Notes: generated by a model from the letters alone, not told the origin. A stretch of DNA of 63,989 nt, filler included, from Octopus bimaculoides (GCF_001194135.2; 4 parts of 3 records of this genome joined end to end with filler, not necessarily neighbours in it), one strand, 5' to 3'; shown: positions 37,887 through 52,544, counted from the first letter of the whole stretch. Made by a program: numbers and translations.

Positions 37887-38226
37887 AAATCTAAAAACAG
37901 AAATAAAATCTAAAAACAGAAACAATTCCTATCAAATCTAAAAACAGAAACAATTCCTATCAAATCTAAATACAGAAACAATTCCTATCATAGTAGGTGC
38001 CTTAGGTATAATAAAAAAAATATTCAGACAAATACATAACAAAAACACCAGGACTTACAAATATATATAACATACAGAAAATTGCACTACTGGGCACTGC
38101 ACACATCCTACGCAAAACACTTTCAATACAGTAACCATGAGAGCATCACAGCAAACCACAGCACATACCCAAGGCACACAGAGCTGCGCTCGGTAGTGAA
38201 GTGAAAGCACGTTATAAAATTAAAAC
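37887..38226 (+). mobile_element. 5'-truncated R4/Dong-like family A copy in (AAT)n with reiterated 5' junction
   Basis: NLKTETIPIIVGALG..IYNIQKIALLGTAHILRKTLSIQ*, then (AAT)n at 38225-38326. Confidence 0.85.
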
Positions 38227-38234
38227 TACTGAAC

Positions 38235-38328
<94 letters not shown>

Positions 38329-38419
38329 CCACGAATGCCACATAACTACTATTATTGGAAGTAAGAAGGTCGGGCTTGTGTAGGATGGAAAATTGCAAAT
38401 ATAAAGCACTGTATAAGCA

Positions 38420-39274
38420 CTTGAAAATGCATGAAACTGAAAATAGGTGGATAAAATAAAACAATGCATGGACAATTTCATAGAGATGCTGAATATAAGA
38501 CAGACAGAGAAAAAAGTTGGCAATGGATGACTGAAAGTGATTTAAGACCGGAAACGGAGGCTCTAATCTGTGATGCCCAAGAGCAAGCGTTAAGAACCAA
38601 TTATGTCAAATACAAATAGACAAAACATCAGAAAGTGATAAGAGCAGAATTTGAGGACAAAATGGTGAAACTGTATGGCATATTACCAGTTAATATATGC
38701 CACTAGTGCAGAAAGAATATAAGAGACGTCATGACAATATAGCAAGGATTGTCCATTGGACACTTTGCAACAAGTATGGACTTCACAGTGCAAAAAAGTG
38801 GTACGAATATAAACCTGAAGTCATCATCGAAAATGATAATGCAAAGATCCTATGGGATTCTATGATTCAATGCAACCATGAAATAGAGAATAGAACACCA
38901 GACATAGTCTTGATTAAGAAAAAAAAAGCAAACGATGCTGGATCATAGATATAGCATGCCCAGCAGCCATCAAGGTATGCGATAAGGAAGAAAGAAAAGT
39001 CGATAGATATGACAGGTTAGTGTGATCGATGAAAAAGGTGGTAGTAGTACCAATACTTGTCAGAGCCCTGGGAACAGTGAGTAAAAATCTTGAGAAGTAC
39101 GTGGAACAAATATGGGTTGCAATAAGGGTGGAGCCCTTGCAGAAAACAGCACTGCTTGAAACCGCTTGAATACACCGAATGGTGCTCGAAAAATACGATG
39201 TGTTACCTGAGTTCACTGGTAGTGAAGAAGCTGACACTGTACTATATCTCCAGTTTTAGAAGCTGTGCAAAGGC

Positions 39275-39275
<1 letters not shown>
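38420..39275 (+). mobile_element. R4/Dong-like RLE element (family C), 3' part, ending in (AAT)n
   Basis: MHGQF..WQW..SDLRPETEALICDAQEQALRTNY; EYKRRHDNIARIVHWTLCNKY; KILWD..IENRTPDIV; IIDIACP; VVPILVRALGTV; LQKTALLETA. Confidence 0.9.
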
Positions 39276-39325
<50 letters not shown>

Positions 39326-39506
39326 CCTTGGATGGAATCTACAAACATCTAATGCATTGGTACGCGCGTTTCCACATATCGCATGACTCTTAAGACCACA
39401 GTCCGTATTCCTGCGATGATTGTACACACACACACACACACACACACANNNNNNNNNNNNNNNNNNNNNNNNNNNNNNNNNNNNNNNNNNNNNNNNNNNN
39501 NNNNNN

Positions 39507-39577
<71 letters not shown>

Positions 39578-41109
39578 TTATTTTTGATATAAATATACAT
39601 ACACACGCACATATTTACACATGTTACATACGGACACACATTCCATCTGCCAAACTCCCACAACTGAAGGTGATGCGTAGTAATTTTGGTCCCAGAAACT
39701 CGTGACGGGAGATCGAAGTTCTTAACTCCACAAATATGCTAACCGCTATATTTTCTACGTACTCATTTTCAATCTATACAATTTTAGAGCAGATCTTTTA
39801 TTAAGGTTTCAGTCGGTATAAATATATTTACGTATAAATGGAGTTGTTTTAATTTTTTTTTTAAGGGTGTTTATCTGACTAGTTTTCACTGTTCTGACTT
39901 AAATGTTGCATTGATAGTAAAGTGTTAAAAACACTCTCATGAAACTGTGGTGACTATTGAAAAATTAATTGGGTGTTAAAATGCGTGTTGCTAACTGCAT
40001 TCAATGTTTATAAATTAAAAGATTACCCGCATTGCAGATAATGTTTAGAAACTCGTATCTTCATCTTTCACCAATTCCTAAGGTATCATTGAACCTGATA
40101 CACCAGATGGCCTACCAGTCTTTATCTATAAAATAAATCTAACACCATGCATATAACTAACATCTTATTATATTTGCATCATAAACAAATGTCTAAGGCA
40201 TAAATCTGAGATCCAGCCATAAATCTTGTGAAAGCAGGGAATTGCCAGAAATCTATGAATTTGATTCTTGGTGAAGTTTCTTAGCACGTATCAAATTCCT
40301 TCAGAAATTAGAAATTATTTAACTTAAGCTCACCCACTTCCCTCACGCGTTAACTAGACATTAGATTTATAGACCAGTAAATAACTATATTTGTTGTGTT
40401 CTTATTTTATGTTTTTCCTGCTTTATTGAAAAACAACAAAAAAAAAACGAGTAACTGTGAATTTTGATCCGGAGATTTTCTCCAAGGTTAGCAGTTATTG
40501 TTCTCCGAAGTAAGTAATGCATATTGGCATCTGACTATGTTACTTCAAATGATTCTATATTATTATGTGTGATTCTATTGCATAAAAGAAGAAAAAGTCC
40601 CCGTTGTGAGAGTGAACAACTAGTTTGATGTTAGTTATACCCATACCGGACAGCTAGTTTTGAACAGACAAGGATCCGAACTGTCAACTACTTTAAAGTG
40701 GGATATTGTTGTGAAGGGATGAGTAAGACATTTATAGACTTGACGTGTAACAGTGATGGAAAATGAATAAAGTGTCTGTCAGTGAATCATAGGTCTGTTA
40801 AAGAGGTGAAATTAGCTATATATTTCAACAGTGAGATGGGTATTCTCAAGTTTTGGTGTCTGAACAGCAGATCCATATACGTAGAACCCAGAATTCTTTT
40901 TCAGCCCTGAAACCAGCAGAGGCGATGTCGTCAGGGAGGTTTAAAGTGGGATAGACGTCTATATTTACTAATCCTACCGCTGCAGCTGAGCGATCTTCGC
41001 CTGCTGATGGTATATTTTGTGATTTTAACAATATACATCTATAAGAGATGCTTTCTAGAGAGTGATATCGTAGTTTCGTTGGCTTTCAACGATATATTTG
41101 CTTTAAATA

Positions 41110-41460
41110 TGTTGGTAAAAGGTTTGCTTCCCAACAAAAAAATTTGGGGTTCAGTCTCTCTCAGTGCATAGCACCTTCAGCACGTATCTTTAAGTATAAA
41201 TCCGAACCAACTCAAGTTTCTGTGACTAGATTAAGAAGACTGAAAGAAGCCCGTCTGCCATACGTATATGTGTGTGTATGAATCTCTGCGGGCGTAATTT
41301 CCTCCACCAACACCACCACGATTTGAGATCGGTATTGTTTTATTTATACCCCTGTATATTAGCGGTTCGGCAAAAGAAAACTGATTAAAAAAGGACAATT
41401 CACTAAAAAAGTCAAGACAGTATCCCAGTAAAATTGCCGTTCAATGACCGGAAAAAGTAA
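41110..41460 (+). mobile_element. SINE family 1, degenerate
   Basis: TTGCTTCCCAAC..GGTTCAGTC..ACTGAAAGAAGCCCGTC. Confidence 0.65.
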
Positions 41461-41463
41461 AAC

Positions 41464-41507
<44 letters not shown>

Positions 41508-41722
41508 NNNNNNNNNNNNNNNNNNNNNNNNNNNNNNNNNNNNNNNNNNNNTTAATTAATTAANNNNNNNNNNNNNNNNNNNNNNNNNNNNNNNNNNNNN
41601 NNNNNNNATATATATATATATACATAGTCGTTCGAAATGCGATGGGACGTTACAACATTCCAAATATGTTATCGTCGAGATTATGTCTCAGTAGCTGTGT
41701 ATGAACCCCTAGCGTTGTGTGA

Positions 41723-42030
41723 AGGGGCGTAGCTTAATGGTTAGGGTATTCGGCTCACGATCGTGAGTTCGATTCCTGGCGGGGCAATGTGTCCTTAAGC
41801 AATACATTTCATTTGCTGTTGCTCCAGTCCATTCACTTATCACAAATTAGTTGTTCCTCTAATTCTGAGGGGCCTAACTTGTCACATTGTGTGTCACGCT
41901 GAATTTCCCAGGTAACTATGCTAAGGGTACGTGTGTCTGTGGTGTATTCAGCCACTTGCACTTTAACTTCACAAGCAGACTGTTCCTTTCATCGAACCAA
42001 CTGCGACGCACGTGGTCGAAACCAATGAGA
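41723..42030 (+). mobile_element. tRNA-derived SINE (family 4)
   Basis: GCGTAGCTTAATGGTTAGGG..GAGTTCGATTCC..TGTGTCCTT..CTCCAGTCCA..AAGGGTACGTGTGTCTG. Homologous to 59175-59485 and to the reverse complement of 63435-63750. Confidence 0.75.
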
Positions 42031-42872
42031 GTCGAACACTCTTACGTAGACCTTTCCTGCGCGTACTCTCCTTCAGGCAACATACATCTGGATTGCATTC
42101 GAATTTAGAAGCATTGATTTCTCTAATCGAATATTTATCCGTAGCTGCATTGATATTAAAAAATAAAATCAAAGTTTACGGTATTATATGAAATGTTTTA
42201 ATATATTCAGTAATTTTAACGAACATCTGTATAGAATTGGTATAAACAAACGTGGTAGAAATAGATAGCAAAATTATTATTCAGATCATTTTCATAGTGT
42301 ATTTAAATACATATATTACCCTTACCATCATATCCTCGTAATACATATTCATAATTATTAATATTATTGATTATAATGCATACACATATACGTATTGTCA
42401 GTGCTATTACAATATATAATTATAACTATTACCATAATATATTTCAATATAATTATAAATATAAATAAAGCAATATAAATATAGATATTAATAACATACA
42501 TGTTACTTCTGTTATATAGAAGAGTAAAATAGTCGTTTCTACTAATACCACCACCATTACTAAAACTATTCTTCTTCAAAGTCATCTAAGATTCGTTTCA
42601 TTTTTTATCCTCCAGGTGTCGGAAATTAAGGTACCAGTCAAATACTGGGATCAATATAATCGACTGTACCATTTTACTGCAAAATTTTTGATTTATACCT
42701 ATGTTGGACATTCTCATTACGAATATTACTACTATTATTATTATTCAAATTACTTGTTGTTGTTATTATTTTGGTTGTTGTCATTATCATAATTTTCATT
42801 ATGATTATTATTATCATTATTTTTTATTATTATTATTATTATTATCATTATTTTTATTATTATTATTATTAC

Positions 42873-42903
<31 letters not shown>

Positions 42904-42969
42904 TTCATCTTCAACACCATCCTCATCATCATCATCATCATCATCACCATCATCATCATCATTATTATT

Positions 42970-43204
42970 TAGGCAAAATGTTTGGCGGCATTTCGATGGT
43001 CCTTTCGATCTGAGTTCAAATTCCACCAAGGTTGACTTTGCCAATCATCCTTTCGAGCGCGATTAAATAAGTACCAGTTAAGCACTGGGATCGACTTAAT
43101 CCCTTCCCCAAAATTTGAGGCTTCGTGCTTCCAGAAGATAGGATTATTGTTATTATTATTATGATGATGACGATTATTATTATTATTAGTAGTAGTAATA
43201 TTAA

Positions 43205-43277
<73 letters not shown>

Positions 43278-43829
43278 GAGTGAGAGAGCAGTGTATGCTA
43301 TCAAACGTGACACAGGGGTAAGATATATGAAGTCCCGTATACCCATCATGACTACCCGTCTGATAAGGGTACACCAGGCACATGCATCACAACCATATGT
43401 GCGTGACATGGTGATCTCATATCAAGATAAACAGCGCATGACCTCGCAGGTGGGGCCCAGTTAGAATTTTCTTCAGGTCGAGTAGCCCATCCCGCTCAAA
43501 AGGTCCCAGAATATGGGTTGTTTAAGGATGCTGAACAAAACACCCATATTTCCAGAGGTGAGTTATCCAAACACAGAGAATTCCTCTCAACACATGGCTA
43601 TGATGTTCCCCCACTACTTCTGCTCGTGATCAGAGATGCACATATCGTCAGCCAATAAGGGATATGCTCAGTTGGTTATGGTCAAACAACTGACAAGCAA
43701 ATCTGTGGTATTGAGCAGAATACTTGCTGTAGCACGTTTCATACCAAGACAAATCAATGTACATGATAACACTTCCAATCAGTTGAGATCAGAAGCTATG
43801 AGAGCTATTGTCTAGTACTGCGTCAGGGC

Positions 43830-43870
<41 letters not shown>

Positions 43871-43892
43871 GTATTAGTAGTAGTATTAGTAT

Positions 43893-43948
<56 letters not shown>

Positions 43949-44164
43949 TTGCGGTGAGCTGGCAGAATCGTTAGCGCGCTGGGCTAAAAGCTTCTTAACG
44001 ATATTTCGTCTGTCGCTACCTTCTGAGTTCAAATTCCGCCGAGGTCAACTTTGACTTCAATCCTTTTGAGGTCGATAATTCAAGTACCAGTAAAATACTG
44101 GGTTGATGAGATCAATTCTCCCACTCTCCACAAAAATCCTGGCCCTGTGCCTATAGTAGAAAGG

Positions 44165-44232
<68 letters not shown>

Positions 44233-44494
44233 GGTGGCACGGTGGCAGAACAGATAGCGCGCCCGAAAACATATTCTGAGTTCAAACTCCGTGGAAGTCC
44301 ACTTTGCCTTTCTTCCATTTGCGGTCGATTAAATGAATACCAGTTGAATGCTGAGGTCGATATAATTGGCCCTACCCCCACCCCAAACTTGCTGGGCTTA
44401 TGCCGAAATTTGAAATCACCATCATTATCATCATCGTCGTCGTCGTCGTCATCTTCATCATCAGAATCATCATCATCATCATCATCATCATCAC

Positions 44495-44545
<51 letters not shown>

Positions 44546-44549
44546 CATT

Positions 44550-44593
<44 letters not shown>

Positions 44594-44605
44594 TANNNNN
44601 NNNNN

Positions 44606-44646
<41 letters not shown>

Positions 44647-44650
44647 CATT

Positions 44651-44694
<44 letters not shown>

Positions 44695-45242
44695 TATTAT
44701 TATTATTATTACTATTATTATTATCATTATTATTATATTAATGTTTATGTTTATCATTATTATCAATATTACTACAGTGGAGAGCTGGTATAAATCGCTA
44801 CAGCATCGCAGAAAATGCTTTGCAGCATTTGTTCCGGCGCTCTACATTCTGAGTTTATATCCCGCCGAGTGCAACTTTGTCTTTACTCCTTTCGAGGTCG
44901 AAGAAATGAAATACCTGTTAACTCATTGGGATCGATGGAATCGACTTAACCACCTCCACTCAAATTTGGCCGCTTAATATCTAAATGAGGAACAATTTCA
45001 AAGTGACGAGTTGGCAAAATTTACTCAAGTGTTGAAGAAGTTATTTGCCGGATTTTCGTGTGGCTGTTTACGTTCTGATTTCAAATAACAACGAGGACAA
45101 GCCTTTCCTCTGTTGAGTGAGGGCTTACAGTCTGAGTTGAAATTCCGCCGAGGGTGACTTCGCCTTCCATCCTTAGACATCGATAAAATAGGTGTCAGTT
45201 AAACTCTGGGTTCGATGTAAAAGCCACTGGCCTTGTGCCTAA

Positions 45243-45245
<3 letters not shown>
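42970..45245 (+). mobile_element. Train of co-oriented family-2 SINEs separated by (ATT)n/(ATC)n arrays (about 42970, 43950, 44230, 44775, 45000-45240)
   Basis: Repeated CTGAGTTCAAATTCC..GAGGTC core, each followed by an ATT array. Confidence 0.8.
43278..43833 (+). repeat. Second copy of the unclassified (ATT)n-flanked repeat
   Basis: Homologous to the reverse complement of 3287-3784, and longer by an internal ~55-bp segment. Confidence 0.75.
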
Positions 45246-45328
<83 letters not shown>

Positions 45329-45342
45329 CATTATTACTATTA

Positions 45343-45423
<81 letters not shown>

Positions 45424-45479
45424 TACGCTAGTGCATGGTAATTTAGTTAGCAGTTATTTAATCTTGACTTTTGATGACA

Positions 45480-46925
45480 GTAAGCCTCCTTGAATCCCAA
45501 GAATTTATCTTAGGAATCTTGCAGAATATAGTCTTGGCACTTTACCGCAGGTCAACAATGCGAGTTCTAATTCCACTCTCTTTCAGTCTTTTAAGCAGTA
45601 TTTTGGCTGTTGCGCCAAGGGCATCAATCGTTGTCTTCGTTTTCCTGCCTCCTCTGGCTAGGTTCTGATATTTCTCAATGTTTTCAATTCCTTTGGTATC
45701 AACTCTGATATCACTGTTTGTTTATTTTGTCTTCTATAATTATGTCCGACTCACTTGCTTCAATAATATGGTCAGTCTTTAGGGGGAAATCACACAAGAT
45801 CTTGTAATTGTGGTTCATGTTCAATCCACTTTTCTGGTAATTTGAATCCTCACACTCGGCCAGCATCCCAATGCATACTTTTGCAATACACTGTCATGTC
45901 TGCTTTAACACTCCTTTTATTCTAGTATACTGCTAGTATACTGCTATACTTACTCAAAAGAAGATTGATATCTTTGGCTTCTTTCCTGCACATTCTACAT
46001 TTGCTGTTTGAGTTTTGTCGATCTTTGCCTTTATCAGATCTGTTCTTAGTGCTTATTTGTGAACGACCATAATTAGCGTTTCTGTCTCTCGTTTTAAGTT
46101 CTTGTCCGTCAACCACAGTCAGCGAGCTTTAGATCCAACATTCTCGATTTGTTGCACGAATTGGCCATGTTGTTTCATTTCTTACCATTAGTTTGTTCTG
46201 TTGTTCTTCCATCCTGCACGATATAATTTTTCAGATCCAGTATCGCAGTACCAATAGTGTCTTCCGCGTTTAGTAGTCCACTGCCACCTTACTTTTTTTT
46301 GGCAGATATAGTCAGCTGGTATTGCCTTTAGAATAGAGTGCACTGTGAATTGTGAGCAGCTTTCAAGCTCATCTATGCAAATTCTTTAACTCGACCTTTG
46401 TCCATTTCAGAAAGGGATCAGAGTGTCTCAATATGAGCTTAGCCCGTGTAAGTAATTTCGCTTTCAGCACCTTCCTAATTCTCATCTTGTACGCTTTAGT
46501 GTCTTTTGCCATCTCATTTCTCCTTCCATTATCTTATCGTCTTGCAGCACACCTATTTGTGCCCCTCATTCTACCATAACCTTAGGATTCTGGCAGTATA
46601 TAGTTTAGTAATTTTCTGCAGGTCGGCTATGCGAGTTTCAATTCGAATCTCTCTCAGTCTTTTAGGTAGTGTTTTGGGTTTTGTGCCAAGTGTAAAAATG
46701 ACTACAGGAATAATTGTTGCCTTGGTCTTCCACAGTCTTCTTTCTCTGGCAATACCCTCATAATTCTCAATATTTTTCATTTTCTTTGGTATCGACTCTT
46801 TTCTCATAGGAAATTGCTTCTCATCCGGATCTCATGATGTTTGTTTCTTTTCTCCTCTATAATCATGTCTGATATTCTTACATCAAAAGGTATAGTCAAT
46901 TTTTATGATAAACTCCTACAAGGTC
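45480..46925 (-). mobile_element. Two head-to-tail fragments of an R4/Dong-like element (family D)
   Basis: 46575-46925: SDMIIEEK..KENEKY*EL..RRLWKTKATIIPVV..RIADLQK. 45480-46560: GVLQDDKI..RKVLKAKL..WTKVEL..RLYLP..GLL..ELKTRDRN..CRMCRK..HDSV..PEKWIEH..SDIII..IENIRT..TIDALGA..DLRK. Flanked by AAT/ATT arrays. Confidence 0.8.
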
Positions 46926-47649
46926 TTGTAAATCTCAGTTGTTGTTGTTATTATTATTATTATTATTATTATCATTATTATTATTATTATTATCATTATT
47001 ATTATTATTATTATTATTATTAAGCTGTACGCTTGTGCAGAATGAATAAGGATACAAACAAGATTCATATATACAACGTATGGTATGTATCTAATAATCT
47101 ATAATGAATTATATTGTTGATCTTTGTGCACAGCTTCCTTTATGTAACTATGGACGCTGCATTGATGAACCGTTAACGATTTCATTTTGCAATCCCGACG
47201 ACCAGGGTTGAGTCTCAGGGCATGGCATCTTGGGCAAATATATTTTCCTATAGTCTCGAGTTGAGTTAAGATTTGTGAGTGAAATTTGTGAACGGAAGCT
47301 GTGAGGAATTTCCACTCGTAATTCAAGGGACCAATCAGGTCAAGCCGGAAGTCAAGATAGTTCAGCTTAGGATTTGCTTTATTTTACACAACAAACAGAA
47401 GGAAAAAAAGCACTAAAGCATGAAAAGAAACAGCAAAGAAAGCCTCACGAAATGCAAAACTAATGCAGATTCCCTACATTCCTAGAAGTCAGTCTTGCTC
47501 TTATTTCAAGAACGCGGATGTGTACAGGATAGAGAAATGAAATCTTGCCTGAATACATTGAAAACATAACAATGTTTTCAAATTTTGCCACAAGGTTAGA
47601 AATTATAGGAACACCAATCATGGTGTTCAGCTGGTTCTTATTTTGCGTA

Positions 47650-47984
47650 TTCTCAAATGGTAGAAGGTAAAGTCGACATTGGTGGCATTTCAACTCCCAA
47701 CGTTAAGTGCCAAATGAAAGACTGCTAACGCTTCTGCCAGCTCGCTGGCTTAATAATAATTATAATCCTTTCTGCTATAGGTGCAAGGCCTGAAATTACT
47801 GGCAAGGGAGATAACCAATTACATTGACTCCAGTACTAGACTGGTACTTATTTTATCAACCTCGGTATGCAATGTCGACCTCGGTGGGATTTTGAACCCA
47901 GAATATAAAGATGAACGAAATGCACTAAGCATTTCATCCGGTGTGCAAAAGATCTTTCCAGCTCGCTGCCTTATAATAGCAACA

Positions 47985-48073
<89 letters not shown>

Positions 48074-48097
48074 TCTTATTATTATCATTATCATTAC

Positions 48098-48167
<70 letters not shown>

Positions 48168-48480
48168 TTATTATAATTATTATTACTTTCAAATTTGGCG
48201 CAAGGCCAGCAATCTTAGGGAGATGTATAATACAATTCATCATCCTCAGCGGAATTTGAATTGAGAACGTGGTAATGCGGAATACGTGACAGAAGTTTTT
48301 CATTCTCACTCGTCTAACGATTCTGTCGATATATTATCCGTTGGTGTTCCTTATTTAGATATAGATCCAGTGATTTGAGCGCCGAGGAAGGATAAATCGA
48401 TACTGTCGACGTCCACCTTATATTATCTCCTCGTTGGAACGAAAAGCAAAATTGATCTCAGCTGATTTTGAACTCACAAT
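47650..48480 (-). mobile_element. Several minus-strand family-2 SINE copies around an (AAT)n/(ATT)n array
   Basis: Each ends in TTCTGCCAGCTCGC or carries CGGAATTTGAA..AGAACGT, the reverse complement of the family-2 head. Confidence 0.7.
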
Positions 48481-48959
48481 GTTTTTGTTTGGACATATGA
48501 GGATTCAGGCAATCCGACATAATCACAAGATCAAACTCCTTAGGTTACAGGAGTTGTGAATTATATCAACCTTAGAAGATCCCTGGTATTTTACCGATTC
48601 CGAAACAAAAATCTAATTTATACTCGATATTATTTGAAATGAGAACCTAAATTGAACAATAATAATCATGAATAATTATTCCTACCGTTGTCTTGACTAA
48701 AAAAAAGCTTAAAACCTCAGGCCACCTAACTGTAATAATCTACCCTGAAACAACTCCAACTGTCTACTCTTGTTGGAGGGTGAACTTAAGTAATAAGGCG
48801 AACGAACGTTGGTTTAGATTGCTGTGTTAAATGCAATGAAATATAAAACAACATAATTCTTATATTGAGCTTCTCTTATGAGCGAATTACGCTGCTATAT
48901 TTATATGTATAGGTACGTATATACAAACACATACGAATATAGATATAAATATATCTGCA

Positions 48960-49037
<78 letters not shown>

Positions 49038-49714
49038 CTGAATTACATATATTTTACTGTAATAAAGGGGAATGCAGAGAATTCACATGAAAACAATATG
49101 AAAATATGACGCAGATTCAATTTTTGAATCAAGCTAAGTTCTTTTTCTTTTATCAATTCCAATCATATCACATTAAATGCTATCTGGCCACTCATAAATA
49201 TCTCGAGCTCCCATACACTTTAAGCTAATAAGCCTTGACGTGCCTCATTGATATAAAAACCAGTTTGGATGGTATTGATCTTCCAGTGCATATGGCACTG
49301 GAAGTAAAACGTTCGGAATGAGTAAAACTTTCGGAATCGGTAAAGGACAGTGCTAAATTACCTTGCAGCTTTTACGTCTGCACTCCTAGATTTTGAGTTC
49401 AAATTTCTTGGGATTTTCTCTTTGGCATTCCTTTTTTAGTCTTTATTTCGATTGTACCCTACGGGGAAAACTTATGCAGTTGCAATGAATATGGAAAGCA
49501 AAAATCATGCTATGAACAAACCTAAAAGATGCAGATTTATTTGTATTTTAAAATGGACAGATTTTCATTTAATTACACATGTATTGGTAATTCCATTCCA
49601 GTTAGAACGCACATCAAAACGTCAAGTTTCCTTTATTCATATACGCTCTGGGTTTCACTTTGCTTTTTATGTGAAACAAATATGTAAATGTATGCAAGAG
49701 CATGGGTTTTTGTG

Positions 49715-49751
<37 letters not shown>

Positions 49752-50088
49752 TTACACACGTGTGTGTATATATATATATATATACACACACACATGTACA
49801 TGCTCACATTAATATACGCATATATATACATACATATATGCATATATATATGTTAATATATATGTATATATGCATATATGTATATGTATTTATATATACA
49901 CATATATATGTATATGCATATATATATACACACATATATACTTATATATATATGTATCCATATATATATATATATATACATACATATATATGTAGATACA
50001 TATTTATATAAGAAATGTATATATATATATGCATATATATAATATATATATACATACGCATGCACTCATTAACATACGCATATATATT

Positions 50089-50119
<31 letters not shown>

Positions 50120-50180
50120 GAATGTATATATATATATGTATATATATAACATATATATATATATATGTGCGTATATATGC

Positions 50181-50214
<34 letters not shown>

Positions 50215-51275
50215 NNNNNNNNNNNNNNNNNNNNNATATATATGTATATATGTATATATGTAAGAAATGTTTATGCATAATCAAATATACCAAATATACA
50301 AAAATAAATAAATTATATTATTATAATGACATTCAAATTTTCATGAACTTGCCAAAGCTTGCTTAAGGTAGTCTCATAGATGGAAAAAAAAACATTAAAA
50401 AAAGAAGCAAAAAATCTATCCACGAAAACAGCAACAACAATAGTAATAAATATTACTGTTATTTTTTTTTCTTTAAAGTTATTAATCTCTCAATGGTTAT
50501 TTTCTAGAGTTTTCTACCTATGTATACAATCCTGGTATTACTTCAGTATCTGCGATAATGCTAGCATGGTATGTCAATTGGTAAGTGTCACGTGGCTGCA
50601 TACGAGTCACGGCACTTATGGACGTCGTACAGGTTTAATTAAATAAAAAGGAAAAAAATGGAATATTATTATCTTGATTCGTATGCCCTTATATTATGTC
50701 TTCTTGTAAACGTGTTCGTATGTTATTCTGTGTACGTGTTAAGTATCTGTTTGTGTGATAGTGTAGAAGGTGCATACGGGTCACCTGTTAATTCGAATTG
50801 ACTGCATAATAACGCTCATATTTCTATATTTGTATATGTATTATACATGTATATAATCACACATACATATATACAAACATATATATATAAACACATCAAC
50901 ACCGGTTGACAAGCAGTGGTGGGGAATAAGCACAAAAACAAACACACACACACACTGACACACACACACGCGCACACAGAGACACACGTATATATATATA
51001 TATATATATNNNNNNNNNNNNNNNNNNNNNNNNNNNNNNNNNNNNNNNNNNNNNNNNNNNNNNNNNNNNNNNNNNNNNNNNNNNNNNNNNNNNNNNNNNN
51101 NNNNNNNNNNNNNNNNNNNNNNNNNNNNNNNNNNNNNNNNNNNNNNNNNNNNNNNNNNNNNNNNNNNNNNNNNNNNNNNNNNNNNNNNNNNNNNNNNNNN
51201 NNNNNNNNNNNNNNNNNNNNNNNNNNNNNNNNNNNNNNNNNNNNNNNNNNNNNNNNNNNNNNNNNNNNNNNNNNN

Positions 51276-51355
<80 letters not shown>

Positions 51356-52462
51356 TATCCGTTCTAGAAAATGTCATCTCGGCAGTGTTGTTGATAAGAC
51401 ACCGGGCAAACTTTCGGGATCAAGGGCAATGTGTACCATAGTCAGATATGAATCTTCTGGAACAATACACATCGTGTACGAGTTTGTGTATGTGCCTCTA
51501 TGTAATGTGCGAGAGTGTGTGTGTGTATGAGTGTGTGTGTGTGTGTGTGTGTGCCTTTATGTAATCTGTGCGTCAATGTGTGTGTGTGTGTGTGTGTATG
51601 TGTGTGCGCGCAAGGGGATGCATAAGATATTGTTACATTTTTACTGATGAACACAGGAACAGAAACGGAGGACAAAATTATTTTGGATATTTCCATATAA
51701 ACGAGTAAGTGAAAGGCAGCAGCATAAAACTTGAAATAATTTGGAGAAGTACACCACCAGCACCACCATCACCACCACCAGCACCACCAGCATCACCACC
51801 GTGGTCAATGTCATCAACAGCAGTAGCAGCAACCGCAGCAGCAACTGCAGCAACAACCGCAGTAGCAACAACATCAGTAAAAACAATTTTCGCAGCATCA
51901 ACAACAGCAGCAGCAGAAGCAGCAGCAGCAAAAGCAGCAGCAGCAGCAGCAACAGAAATAACAAATCCAGTATTGTAGGCGACATCGATATCATCGATTA
52001 GTCGTCGTAATTGTCGTCATTAAATCAATAATAATAATAATGATAATGATAATAGTAATTATAATAATAATAGTAATAACAATAATAATAATAATGTCTT
52101 CTAGGGCCTACGATGTCTACCGCACAGAAATTTTCCCCCGCAGACCAAGAAAACAGAGCATACCAATACTGACCAATACAGAGATGCACACATACATGCA
52201 CACACAGACACACACACACACCCACATGCAAACACAAACATACTCACACAAACACACACATACTCAGACACACACATACACATATATATATCTATATTTA
52301 TATACTTCATCAAATTGTACAGTATTATATATATCCATTTCGCACTCGACATTAGATAATCGGATGTTAGTTTATAGCACGATTAAGCAGCACTATACAC
52401 TCTTCCGAGACGACTGGTCTCAGATGGCTACATATATAAATACATATATACATATATGTATG

Positions 52463-52504
<42 letters not shown>

Positions 52505-52513
52505 AGAATGTGA

Positions 52514-52544
<31 letters not shown>

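Noticed and set aside
40846-41031. Short ORF with SAGFRAE (CUB-like ending) and a repeated TTTAAAGTGGGATA 14-mer
   Set aside because: No other CUB residues, and the surrounding frames are full of stops.
51644-51670. CTGATGA..GAAA as a hammerhead
   Set aside because: The intervening ACACAGGAACA cannot form helix II.
51641-52001. Ala/Ser/Pro-rich ORFs resembling a transcription-factor low-complexity region
   Set aside because: Mosaic of CAC/CAG/CAA repeats, open in several frames on both strands, with no domain or splice support.
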